Source: an uncultured Pseudomonadota bacterium | GTDB taxonomy: Bacteria > Oederibacteriota > Muellerivitia > Muellerivitales > Muellerivitaceae | Length of the DNA stretch: 64,000 bases | Direction: 5' to 3' | Assembly (NCBI GenBank): GCA_963843375.1 | Contig: CAWJKT010000006.1 | Location: forward strand, 64,001 to 128,000 | Shown here: piece by piece, positions 1-8,809 of the stretch | Numbering within the stretch: position 1 is the first letter of the stretch | Layout of the letters: each line of letters starts with the position of its first letter | Made by a program: the position numbers and the translations under genes | The notes under the pieces: model-generated | What the model was told of the DNA's origin: nothing | Databases searched by the model: none | The model's input: only the letters and a program-made list of their open reading frames with translations

Positions 1-89
1 GTGGACATGTTGTAAACTACCGTTTTTCGAAATATTTCAACGTTAATTCGCTCCCCGCCCATGACAAACCCATTCCCGTTGCCCTGTGC

Positions 90-1307
90 CTAAAAGCTAT
101 AAGATATTTGGAGGCCGCCTTTGAAGCCGCTCAAGGCCAAAGTCCAGGCAGAAGAATTGGGGGCTGGCGTTCCGGGGTAATAGGGGCTAAATTCTGCACC
201 CCGATAAACGATCCGCTCCAGATTGCCGTTCTGGATCGGTTCGAGGGCCGCTCCAAAATCGGTTTGCACCACATCCAATGCCATTCTCTCCCCCCCCGAA
301 CCCGGCAATGTCTGAAAGTTGGTGGCGGTGAGGATCTGGTACCCCACCGAAGGGGAAACGGCAAAACACTGCCCCAAGTCCCAATCCAATCCCACTTGAA
401 CTTGTCCCCCGAACCCCAAGGCCCCAAAAGTCTCATTCAATTTTTCGTTTACAAGCTCGTTGGAGTTGACATTGATATATATATCGTTGATGCCGTAAAT
501 GATCTGCATGGGAACCGCGACGACACCCCCGGAAACGAAAGGCCGGAAATTTCCGTGCGCGAAAGTGTACCGCCCCTGCACCCCTACCTCAATAGCGCTG
601 ATACTGTAGGCATCCTGCAACCTAAGGGTGACGGGTATGGCCCCGTTAGGACCATAATATGCAGTTATAGGCTGTAAATTATTCGTCACTGTGCCAACGG
701 GAAGGTAGGAAAAGAACAGGCCCCCCTCCAATTCCGGGGTGAGCCGGATGGAAGCCTCCAAGTCTACCTGTGGCAAAATGAACTCGGGGATATTTCCAAT
801 GTAGAAGCGCGCATTATCCCCAGAAGAATTTAAGTATTGGCTCAGATTTTGAAACTCCACTTTGTTGTTCTGGAAATCCGCAAGATTTATCCACGATTCT
901 TCGAAAGTGATCCGGATGTCAAACATTTTAAAAAAGGTAATATCCCTAATCGGGGGAGGCGTGATCCCCGAAAGATAAGCGGTATGAGTCTGGTATCCCA
1001 ACTGGGCCGCCCACTTTCGCAAATCGGGATTGTCCGGATGGAGAGTCAGGCTGGATTGAACGGCTGCGATCGCCTCAGCCTGATCACCCACTTGGTTATA
1101 GCTGAAAGCCAGTATCTGGTAGGCTTGCCAGGATTGGGGGTCGAGCCGGACCGCTTCCTTCAGACTGGCTATCGCTTGGTTATATTGCTCTTGTTGATAA
1201 AGTTGTACCCCGATGTTGTAGGCGTCCAGGGGTGGGTCGCCCCAAGCGGTCAAGCTTGAAAACAAAAAGATCAGCCCGAAGAAGAGGGGTATGAGCCGCA
1301 TTTCCAA
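90..1307 (-). CDS. Secreted TPR-repeat protein with probable C-terminal outer-membrane beta-barrel
   Basis: Signal peptide; N-terminal TPRs (YNIGVQLYQQEQYNQAIASLKEAVRLDP); alternating beta-strand pattern; ends GLQISYSF (BAM beta-signal-like). Confidence 0.7.
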   Translation of the reverse strand: MEMRLIPLFFGLIFLFSSLTAWGDPPLDAYNIGVQLYQQEQYNQAIASLKEAVRLDPQSWQAYQILAFSYNQVGDQAEAIAAVQSSLTLHPDNPDLRKWAAQLGYQTHTAYLSGITPPPIRDITFFKMFDIRITFEESWINLADFQNNKVEFQNLSQYLNSSGDNARFYIGNIPEFILPQVDLEASIRLTPELEGGLFFSYLPVGTVTNNLQPITAYYGPNGAIPVTLRLQDAYSISAIEVGVQGRYTFAHGNFRPFVSGGVVAVPMQIIYGINDIYINVNSNELVNEKLNETFGALGFGGQVQVGLDWDLGQCFAVSPSVGYQILTATNFQTLPGSGGERMALDVVQTDFGAALEPIQNGNLERIVYRGAEFSPYYPGTPAPNSSAWTLALSGFKGGLQISYSF

Positions 1308-1500
1308 AACCTTTCGGCGTTCAGAATATAACTTAAATGATTATACTTCGTCTTTTGACCGACCCATTTTTCAATCTTCCCTACTAATTCGGGTCCCCAT
1401 CGCGGACTTTCTTTTCAATTCAAGTTCAAATGCGGCATTAAATGCTTCGCTTTTCTAGCGAATTTGAAGAAAAAATACGATTGCCCCATTTCCTCAAATT

Positions 1501-2787
1501 TCACTTCGGAACGACAAGGGGGGGATGGCTCTGAAGGATGGGCCGCAATTTCTCCATGGCCGCCTCGGGGGTTTCCTTTCCATCCCACACCCTTTCCAAA
1601 CCGGTCGTGATGATGTTTTCCACCTCCTGCCAATTGCCGCACAGGGGAAAATACTTCACATACTGGACGGCATCGATCAAAATTTTCTTGTTTAAGGGGT
1701 CTTTCTGGTCCAGGAAAAGGTCGGAACTCGCCATCTTTTTCAAGGCAGGCTGGGCCAATCCGCTGGCCATCCTCTTTTGTTCGGCTTCCTCGCCAGTCAG
1801 GTATTTAACCAATTTCCAGGCGGTCTGCTTGTTCTTGGATTGCCTCCATATTGCGTAACCCGAACCTCCAGTCGAAAAGGCTCGGTCTCCGTTGGGCCCC
1901 TTGGGAAGCATGGCTACATCCCATTTAAAGTTTTTGATTTCTCGGAATTGGGGTGTCCATTTCAAACCCGAAAGGTACATGGCGGCGGAACCAAAGCGGA
2001 ACATATCCGAGCCTTCGCTCTCCGTAAACCCGGCGATTTTGGAGGGCGCCAGAGAAACCTTGTGCTTATGGATCAGGTCGTAACGGAACTGAACACCTTT
2101 CAGGGTATTCGGGTCGGCGGCGAAGGTCCATCGAGTGGGTTGGTGGACGTTGTCCGCAAAGGAACCGCCCGCGCTGAAAATCCACGCGCTGGGAAGGAGT
2201 TTGTCGTCAATGAATCCCCACTGCAGAACCTCGCCCGACCGGCTCTTTTTTTGGACCTTCAAGGCCGTTTCGACGAATTGATCCCAATTCCAATTATCCT
2301 TTGGATAGGGAACATTGGCCTCGTCAAAGGCGGACTTATTGTAATAAACCAGGCACCAGGGAGCGGTGTCACGGGGGAGGACGTAAGTTCTGCCCTGGGA
2401 AGTGAAACGATCCAAAACGGCCGGATAAAAATCCGTCAAATTCAATTCATCGGTTTTGACGTAGGAATCCAAGGGTTCGAGCATCCCCTGGTTAAAAAAT
2501 TCCGCGAAATTATTGACCTCCACAAAAATGACATCCGGGCCTCCGCCTTTGAGAAAGGCCAATACCATTTCGGAGTATTTGACATAGGGAGTGCGCCGCA
2601 ACGCGACCTTTATTGATGGGTTTAATTTCATAAAGTCATTGATCAGATCGATCAGGACCTGGTTTTCCTCGATGTCACCCCAAGAGAATACGACGATATT
2701 CGATTCCTTTGGTTTTGACCCGGACTTCAAGAGAAAGTCGAGAATTGTTTCCCCTCCAGTGGACGGCAGAACCCGGCAAAAGAACAT
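1501..2787 (-). CDS. Sugar ABC-transporter-type solute-binding protein (family 1), orphan; start uncertain
   Basis: GGPDVIFV, LEPLD, LVYYNKSAFDEANVPYP..WNWDQF, WDVAMLPKGP, AWKLVKYL motifs; no permease or ATPase genes adjacent. Confidence 0.85.
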   Translation of the reverse strand: MFFCRVLPSTGGETILDFLLKSGSKPKESNIVVFSWGDIEENQVLIDLINDFMKLNPSIKVALRRTPYVKYSEMVLAFLKGGGPDVIFVEVNNFAEFFNQGMLEPLDSYVKTDELNLTDFYPAVLDRFTSQGRTYVLPRDTAPWCLVYYNKSAFDEANVPYPKDNWNWDQFVETALKVQKKSRSGEVLQWGFIDDKLLPSAWIFSAGGSFADNVHQPTRWTFAADPNTLKGVQFRYDLIHKHKVSLAPSKIAGFTESEGSDMFRFGSAAMYLSGLKWTPQFREIKNFKWDVAMLPKGPNGDRAFSTGGSGYAIWRQSKNKQTAWKLVKYLTGEEAEQKRMASGLAQPALKKMASSDLFLDQKDPLNKKILIDAVQYVKYFPLCGNWQEVENIITTGLERVWDGKETPEAAMEKLRPILQSHPPLVVPK

Positions 2788-2825
2788 GGGGGTCAGCCCC
2801 CACGAGAAGCAATTGAAGTTTAATC

Positions 2826-2834
2826 ATTATAACA
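2826..2834 (-). promoter_or_regulatory. Extended -10 element (TGnTATAAT) upstream of the solute-binding protein gene
   Basis: Minus strand reads TGTTATAAT about 40 bp upstream of the ORF. Confidence 0.5.
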
Positions 2835-3011
2835 AGCCCTGGCCAAGCTGAGGTGCATAGCGTTCTCCATCGTGGGCAAGAATATCTCATCCTTCCTTTA
2901 CCACAAAAACAGCTTGGTTCCGATGCGGAATAAACCCAGCTTACTTTTTGTAAAGCATCAGTCCGGGAAAATGATCGAATTGTGAATCCAGGTTATAACG
3001 GTTAAGCCCTA

Positions 3012-3611
3012 TTAACCTTCCGAAGGCGCTTCCCTATTGCGTGTACACACCACCAATCCAGTAGACCAATTCATCTTACAAACATGAAAATCTTTCAACG
3101 CCTCAAATTTCACGAGCAATTCATCAACTAATACTTGATGTCCTTCCGGCCAATTTGACTGCGGAAGCATGTCATCAACGACATAAAACCCGCCAAGGGC
3201 AACGAGTCGAAGTGTTTCTTTTAGGGTGTTATATTTTCCGGGAAAGGAATCGGCAAAAACAAAATCAAACCTTTGGCCCGCCAATGACTTGATGAATTCT
3301 CCGCCGTCAGCGACTCGAAGCGTCAATCGAGGGTCAAAACCTAAATTTTTTTCCGCTAAAGAACTCAAATCGGGGTTATTATCCACCGACAACAAGGTTG
3401 AATGAGAATCCATCCCATTCAATATCCAGGCGGCCGATAATCCCGTGCCTGTCCCGATTTCTAAAAACCGGCCTTTTGGCTTTGCCGCCGCCAAAGTTTG
3501 GAGCAAATGTCCCGTCAGGACATCGGATCCCATTTTGAAATCCAGTAACTTGGTGGCTTTTAAAATCTCAAGGTATTTGGGCGGGAGTGGAACCCTTTTT
3601 TCGTCATTCAA
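3012..3611 (-). CDS. SAM-dependent O-methyltransferase
   Basis: LEIGTGTGLS motif I, FDFVFADS, GGFYVVDD. Confidence 0.85.
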   Translation of the reverse strand: MNDEKRVPLPPKYLEILKATKLLDFKMGSDVLTGHLLQTLAAAKPKGRFLEIGTGTGLSAAWILNGMDSHSTLLSVDNNPDLSSLAEKNLGFDPRLTLRVADGGEFIKSLAGQRFDFVFADSFPGKYNTLKETLRLVALGGFYVVDDMLPQSNWPEGHQVLVDELLVKFEALKDFHVCKMNWSTGLVVCTRNREAPSEG

Positions 3612-3826
3612 TGTAAGGCTCCATAATAAGTTATGGGGCCGAATGCCCGGGATGGCCCTTTTCCGCTTAAATCAATATTAGAATGTGAGTTGAGTCAATT
3701 TCGGTATCTTTTATGAATCCGAAAACCGCAGGACAGGCAGCACCCCCGTACCTTCTACTCCAACTGCTGGGTCATTCTGTCTATATCTTCCCGTCCTGGA
3801 AAAATTTATGCCGTTTCCATCCCGGT

Positions 3827-4213
3827 TCACCCAAGATATTTATCCACGGTTTCAAGCAGTTCAATTGCTTGAAGGGGTTTTGCCAGCAAAGCGTTAAAAC
3901 CGCTGCTGGGATCCCATGGCGTATCCTGCTTTTCAAGAAAACTCGTGAAAGCCAAAATGGGTAAAAGCGGATTTTCGGCCGCGGCCCTTAATTTGTGGAC
4001 CAAGTCATATCCGGTTATATCGGGCAATATCAAATCTTGTAAAACAATGTCGGGCTTTTCCTTCATCAGGGTGACAGCTGTCGCACCATCTTGTGCTTCC
4101 AAAACTTCATAACCGGCGTTCTCTAGAATTTTTCGGGTGATCTTTCGAAGGCTGGAATTGTCGTCCACAATTAAAATTTTTTTAAATTCCTTTTTAATTT
4201 CTCTTTCCCCCAT
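3827..4213 (-). CDS. Single-domain response regulator (receiver)
   Basis: ILIVDD, PDIVLQDLILP, AFT, AKP. Confidence 0.9.
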   Translation of the reverse strand: MGEREIKKEFKKILIVDDNSSLRKITRKILENAGYEVLEAQDGATAVTLMKEKPDIVLQDLILPDITGYDLVHKLRAAAENPLLPILAFTSFLEKQDTPWDPSSGFNALLAKPLQAIELLETVDKYLG

Positions 4214-4425
4214 CCAATTCCCGCTTTCCTGGCCTCTTTGAAATGTTTTGACATTGGAAAAGCACTGATGCGTAAAAAATCATATCATAATTAATCGAAG
4301 ACGCCGACCATTCGAAATTTGGGTTTTGCTTGGTTCCGGAAGGGAAAGAGTCAGGAAAAACTTAAGGGCTTGCACGCATCGAAACTTTTTTAAAAACGTT
4401 GTTTTTTAGACCGCTTTTTTTGCTT

Positions 4426-4479
4426 AAAAAAGGGATGGACGGGCCCAAACATAAAACCCCGTCCAACCCTTCCTTTTTT
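4426..4479. terminator. Imperfect stem-loop, probable intrinsic terminator of the beta-helix gene
   Basis: aagggatggacggg...cccgtccaaccctt flanked by A and T runs, about 20 bp past the stop codon. Confidence 0.4.
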
Positions 4480-4500
4480 CCAGGTCTTTGACTAGAAATG

Positions 4501-5253
4501 TTATTCTTTTGCGCTGGCCATTTGAACATTATGAAAGTGATTGGATTGGTTGGACAAAACCGTCAATTGAAGAGCCAATGGATCAAAGCAATTGGAAAGG
4601 TGGTTTCCATATACATGATTACCCGCCATCTGGGTTCCCTCAAAGTTCCCGGCAAAAATCCCATATTCATTGTCGTATATGGAATTACCTGAAACAACAG
4701 ATCCGGCAGCACCCTCAATAAAAGTCAGTCCAATCGTGTTACCCGCAATAAGGTTATCGATGATCTTGGGGTGGGAACCGGGACCCACTACCAGCGCGTT
4801 GCGTGAGCCCGAAATAAAACATTTTTCAATCGAAGGCGAAGAACCGTCGCAAACAACCCGCCCCCCCGTTATAACGCAATTTTTGAGGAAAGAATGACCT
4901 GGTGTGGATTGTTGAAAATGCAACTCTCCCCATTTTTCCCCTTTGACAAGGGGGGTAAAATAAACGGGCTTGGACTCAGAACCTTGTGCTTCCAAACCAC
5001 CCTGGATTATTAGCCCGGAGCCGCTCGTGGTATCCCCTGGCATGGGGGCAAAGCAAACACCTGTCCCTGGTCGCAGGGTCAGGGTGACACCCTTTTCGAT
5101 AACCAACTTGCCTTGGATAACATAAGGACCCTGACTTGCCTCCCAAACCGTGTCGGTGACGATCCTTCCCTGGACGACCGTCTGGCCAGCTTCAACCGCA
5201 AAAGGAACCAAAAGGCCGATGATTCCCATGACAATTGGAATAAGTATTTTCAT
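4501..5253 (-). CDS. Secreted right-handed parallel beta-helix (NosD/pectin-lyase-like) protein
   Basis: Start re-called at ATG 5253 (RBS AAGGGAG, signal peptide MKILIPIVMGIIGLLVPFAVEA); W...GPYVI, GVTLTLRPGT, repeated I..N.I.GN motifs. Confidence 0.8.
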   Translation of the reverse strand: MKILIPIVMGIIGLLVPFAVEAGQTVVQGRIVTDTVWEASQGPYVIQGKLVIEKGVTLTLRPGTGVCFAPMPGDTTSGSGLIIQGGLEAQGSESKPVYFTPLVKGEKWGELHFQQSTPGHSFLKNCVITGGRVVCDGSSPSIEKCFISGSRNALVVGPGSHPKIIDNLIAGNTIGLTFIEGAAGSVVSGNSIYDNEYGIFAGNFEGTQMAGNHVYGNHLSNCFDPLALQLTVLSNQSNHFHNVQMASAKE

Positions 5254-5299
5254 TTTTTTCTCCCTTTTGTTGATGAATAGTAAACTGAATACTTGTAAG

Positions 5300-5314
5300 G
5301 CAACGGTTGTGCCA
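5300..5314 (-). promoter_or_regulatory. Sigma-54 (-24/-12) promoter of the beta-helix gene
   Basis: TGGCACAACCGTTGC, i.e. GG-N10-GC matching TGGCAC-N5-TTGC, about 47 bp upstream of the ATG and next to an NtrC-type activator gene. Confidence 0.8.
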
Positions 5315-5374
5315 AGTCCCAGCCTCAAATAAAGCCATAAAAGAAGGGAATTTATTGGGATCGAAAGCCTGGGG

Positions 5375-5391
5375 CGGGTAATTTTTACACG
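5375..5391. promoter_or_regulatory. Candidate enhancer (UAS) for the adjacent activator
   Basis: Imperfect palindrome CGGGTAATTTTTACACG, 13/17 identical to the site at 7134-7150. Confidence 0.5.
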
Positions 5392-5656
5392 GGAATGGAA
5401 CTATTACTCATTGAGACAAGGTATGTTTCACCTTACAAATACGGGAAGGAATCAGTCAAAGATTTTCATATCATGAGGATTGGGGAAAAGGTCGATGAAT
5501 CAGATTCCTCGAAACGGAGGGACAAATTAAGGAAATGATTCCAATAAACAGTCCTTTTTCTGTCTTGTTTTCCGGGAGGACCCTTGGTGTTTTAACATAA
5601 AAATCAGGTTTTGATAGAATAGTCTTTGATACATTTTTTTAAGGGAGAATTCTTGA

Positions 5657-6997
5657 ATGCGCATATTGATGATTGACGACGAGGAATCCCTTGTCAAAAT
5701 CCTCTCGAAGTTCCTCCAACAAAGCGGCCATGAGGTCTTCTCCGCCTTCAACGGGGCTGAAGGCTTGGAAAAAGCCTTCCAGTTAAAACCCGACCTAATT
5801 CTTTTGGACCTCCATTTGCCCGACGCCTTGGGCATAGAAATTTTGCCAAAATTGAATGCGTCCGTACCTGCAACCTCAGTGGTGGTTATTACGGGTGAAG
5901 GTTCCGTGGATTCGGCGGTGGCGGCAATCCAATTGGGGGCTGAGGACTATCTGGAAAAACCCATCGATATGGAAAAAATGAAAATCGTTCTCAAAAAAAT
6001 AGAGGAAAAACGGGGACTCCAGCGGGAATTGAATACCCTGAAACGCCAGCAAAGGGAACTCTACCGGAAGGATTACCTGTTTCTACCCGACCCGGAGATG
6101 CAAAAGCTTTACGGGGAAATTGAGCAAATTGCCGCCCAGGAAAAGGTGACGGTGGTCGTTTACGGTGAGACGGGAACCGGCAAGGAACACGTAGCCAGGC
6201 TCATCCACGCCCTCTCTCCCCGGAAATCTCGGCCTTTCGTGGAGATTCACTGTGGTTCCCTTCCCGAATCCATCTTGGAATCCGAGCTCTTTGGCTATGA
6301 GCCCGGGGCCTTTACCGATGCCAAACGCCAGAAACCCGGGTTATTCGAGGAGGCCCAGGGAGGCAGTATTTTCCTTGATGAAATAGGGGAATTAACTCCC
6401 TCGGTCCAAATGAAACTATTGAAGGTTCTGGAACAAAAATCCATCCGCCGATTGGGCGGTAACCGGGAAATCCCACTGGACGTGCGGATCATCACGGCCA
6501 CCCACCGTAATCTGGAAAAAGAAGTCAAGGAAGGCAGGTTTCGACCCGACCTATTCTATCGTTTAAACGTCATTCCCTTGACCATTCCCGCCCTGCGGGA
6601 ACGGCCTGATGATATTGTTGAATTAGCCAATTTTTTCTTGCAGGAATCTTGCCGGGCTTTTAATAAAAAACTGGCCCTTTTTTCAGATGAAATACTTGCT
6701 TTGCTAAAAAATTACCATTGGCCGGGCAACGTTCGGGAACTGAAGCACGTGATTGAGCGCATGGTTGTGACGGCCAAAGGAAACAACTTGTCCCCGAAGG
6801 ACTTGCCAAAGGAAATAAAGGAAGCCAAAACCATTCCGCCTGCGGAAAAAGCGGCCCAACGCAAGGAAGACGCGGAGTTGGAAAACATCCGCCGGGCCTT
6901 GATCGAAACCAACGGCAATAGATCTCAAGCCGCCGATCTTTTGGGCATCACGCGTAAAACCCTCTTCAATAAGTTAAAAAAACATAAAATGGATTGA
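5657..6997 (+). CDS. Sigma-54-dependent response regulator, NtrC family (REC-AAA+-Fis HTH)
   Basis: Receiver, Walker A GETGTGKE, ESELFG, GAFTDA, Walker B IFLDEIGE, WPGNVREL, GNRSQAADLLGITRKTL. Confidence 0.95.
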   Translation: MRILMIDDEESLVKILSKFLQQSGHEVFSAFNGAEGLEKAFQLKPDLILLDLHLPDALGIEILPKLNASVPATSVVVITGEGSVDSAVAAIQLGAEDYLEKPIDMEKMKIVLKKIEEKRGLQRELNTLKRQQRELYRKDYLFLPDPEMQKLYGEIEQIAAQEKVTVVVYGETGTGKEHVARLIHALSPRKSRPFVEIHCGSLPESILESELFGYEPGAFTDAKRQKPGLFEEAQGGSIFLDEIGELTPSVQMKLLKVLEQKSIRRLGGNREIPLDVRIITATHRNLEKEVKEGRFRPDLFYRLNVIPLTIPALRERPDDIVELANFFLQESCRAFNKKLALFSDEILALLKNYHWPGNVRELKHVIERMVVTAKGNNLSPKDLPKEIKEAKTIPPAEKAAQRKEDAELENIRRALIETNGNRSQAADLLGITRKTLFNKLKKHKMD

Positions 6998-7133
6998 TTT
7001 GGATAACTGTCCGCGCCTCCAGCTTTCAAATCCAACGAAGGTCGTCCATCTTTCGTTTTTCATCCAAAACCTATTTTTCTAAAGCCTCTTTTAAGTCATT
7101 AAATCTTCAACTGACGGCTCTTCTTTCCCTAAC

Positions 7134-7150
7134 TGGGTCATTTTTACCCA
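7134..7150. promoter_or_regulatory. Candidate enhancer (UAS) upstream of the second sigma-54 promoter
   Basis: Palindrome TGGGTCATTTTTACCCA, with a weaker copy CGGGACAATTTTTTCTC at 7152-7168. Confidence 0.5.
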
Positions 7151-7219
7151 TCGGGACAATTTTTTCTCTTTACTCCTTTTGATCTCAAAGGAAATTGCTC
7201 CATTTTGCTAAATCCAATA

Positions 7220-7234
7220 TGGCATCACTTTTGC
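7220..7234 (+). promoter_or_regulatory. Sigma-54 (-24/-12) promoter of the CheX-like gene pair
   Basis: TGGCATCACTTTTGC (GG-N10-GC), about 52 bp upstream of ATG 7287; like the other site it continues CTTA. Confidence 0.75.
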
Positions 7235-7286
7235 CTTAACAATTCATAAGAAAACCAATCTACAAAAACATGAAAGGACGGAACTC

Positions 7287-7760
7287 ATGATCGCAACCTT
7301 GGAAAGGTTGGAGCCGAATACCCCCACTATGCCCATTTCACACCTTTTGGCTAATTTTTTCCAGAAATTCATAAAATACTGGACCCAAACCGATATTCAG
7401 TTTTTAGGGAACTTGCAGGAAGAAGTGGTCGAAATGCCCGTTGAACTTTGCGTTCGTTGGAACGGAAACGCTCGGGGAACGCTGATCATCCGCTGTTACG
7501 ACGACTTCATAAAGTGGTTTACCCAGAATAAAAACTACAAGCCATTGAATGTTTGTACAGGAAAGGAAATTCTCATCGAAATGATCAGCGAATATTGCAC
7601 CTATGTGGTTTGCAACTTCTGGAAACCCGAACTTTTGGAAATCGGGCCCCTTTTACCACGCCCCTGCCATCAAGAAGACTGGCCTTCCCAGTTACCCGCC
7701 GCGGCTTTCGGTGTCCTGGTAGGGAAACACCCAGTCGAAATACGGTTTTGGATCGATTGA
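7287..7760 (+). CDS. Hypothetical protein, CheX-like fold suspected (paralog 1)
   Basis: RBS AAGGA; V.W.G...G.L.I strand pattern followed by helix with EMIS; clearly homologous to the next ORF. Confidence 0.6.
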   Translation: MIATLERLEPNTPTMPISHLLANFFQKFIKYWTQTDIQFLGNLQEEVVEMPVELCVRWNGNARGTLIIRCYDDFIKWFTQNKNYKPLNVCTGKEILIEMISEYCTYVVCNFWKPELLEIGPLLPRPCHQEDWPSQLPAAAFGVLVGKHPVEIRFWID

Positions 7761-7804
7761 GTGGTGAATTCTTGGTCCACACATATGAAGGAGATCAGCC
7801 AATC

Positions 7805-8281
7805 ATGATGGTCGGCCAAAGAGAGAATATCTTGATGAATACTTCTAACTTGCATTACATCCAAATAGGACACCTATTCGAAAGGATCTTGCGATCCTGG
7901 GAAGTTGGGCAAATTCGTCACTTGGTTCCGTCCACCGGTCCCATCAGCGACCTGCCCCTGGAAAGAAAGATTAACCTGACCGGCACGTTGAACGGCTTTT
8001 TGGTCGTGCGAAGCACCCGGGAGTTCGCTAGTCATTTGAAGAGTCAAAGGGAAAATACCCCTTTAGGACGTTATCCCGATGAAGAAGTGTTCGAGGAATT
8101 GATCTCCCTGTTTTGCCTTTATCTTTTCCACGATTTTTGGAAGCCCCATCTCTTCAAAGTCGGCCCCATTCATCCCTATCCTTCGGTACCCCGGGATTGG
8201 CCGCAGGAGAACCCTACTGCGTCCTGCAGCCTGATAGTGGGAAGCTTTCCGTTGGAAATCAGGTTATGGGTCAAGCATTGA
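7805..8281 (+). CDS. Hypothetical protein, CheX-like fold suspected (paralog 2); start 7805 or 7835
   Basis: Shares E.IS..C.Y....FWKP.L...GP..P.P....DWP...P......VG..P.EIR.W with the previous ORF; RBS GAAGGAG before 7805. Confidence 0.6.
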   Translation: MMVGQRENILMNTSNLHYIQIGHLFERILRSWEVGQIRHLVPSTGPISDLPLERKINLTGTLNGFLVVRSTREFASHLKSQRENTPLGRYPDEEVFEELISLFCLYLFHDFWKPHLFKVGPIHPYPSVPRDWPQENPTASCSLIVGSFPLEIRLWVKH

Positions 8282-8318
8282 ATGGCGGCCAATTCCTACC
8301 GGTGCCAATCTGGCATTT

Positions 8319-8702
8319 TCACTTTCCGTCAATCTTCAAGATCTCACGGATTTTCGTTTTCAAGACGGACACTTCGGTTGGCTTGCTCAAAAAAGCCGAT
8401 ACTGCGTAGCCCCGGTCCAGAAAATCTCCTTGTAAATCCTTATAATGGCCGGAAACAACAATAACCGGAAGGCGGGGATATTGATTTTTCAAGATGGGAA
8501 ACAATTCCAATGTGTTCATCCCCGGCATTTCCAGGTCCGTCACCAAAAGATCGACTTTTTCTTCCTTCAATTCGGCTAAAACCCTGGCTCCATTTTCGCA
8601 GATCAAAACCCGGTAACCTTCCTGGGTAAAAGATTTGGCATATATCTTTTGAATGGCTGAATTATCCTCAGCGAACAAAAGTGTAAAATCCGAACATTTC
8701 AT
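8319..8702 (-). CDS. Single-domain response regulator (receiver)
   Basis: Start re-called at 8702 (RBS AAGGAGGGG); FAEDN, LVTDLEMP, VVSG, SKP. Confidence 0.9.
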   Translation of the reverse strand: MKCSDFTLLFAEDNSAIQKIYAKSFTQEGYRVLICENGARVLAELKEEKVDLLVTDLEMPGMNTLELFPILKNQYPRLPVIVVSGHYKDLQGDFLDRGYAVSAFLSKPTEVSVLKTKIREILKIDGK

Positions 8703-8809
8703 TATCCCCTCCTTTTGGAATATGCAAACTAAAAACGATGGCCCCACTGCCGACCTTTAGGTTGCCTCCTCTCTTCTTAATAGCCGCCTATCACCGAAGA
8801 TCTGACCGA

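Noticed and set aside
7553..7804. N-terminal extension of the 242-aa ORF
   Set aside because: Overlaps the upstream paralog out of frame; homology and RBS support a start at 7805 or later.
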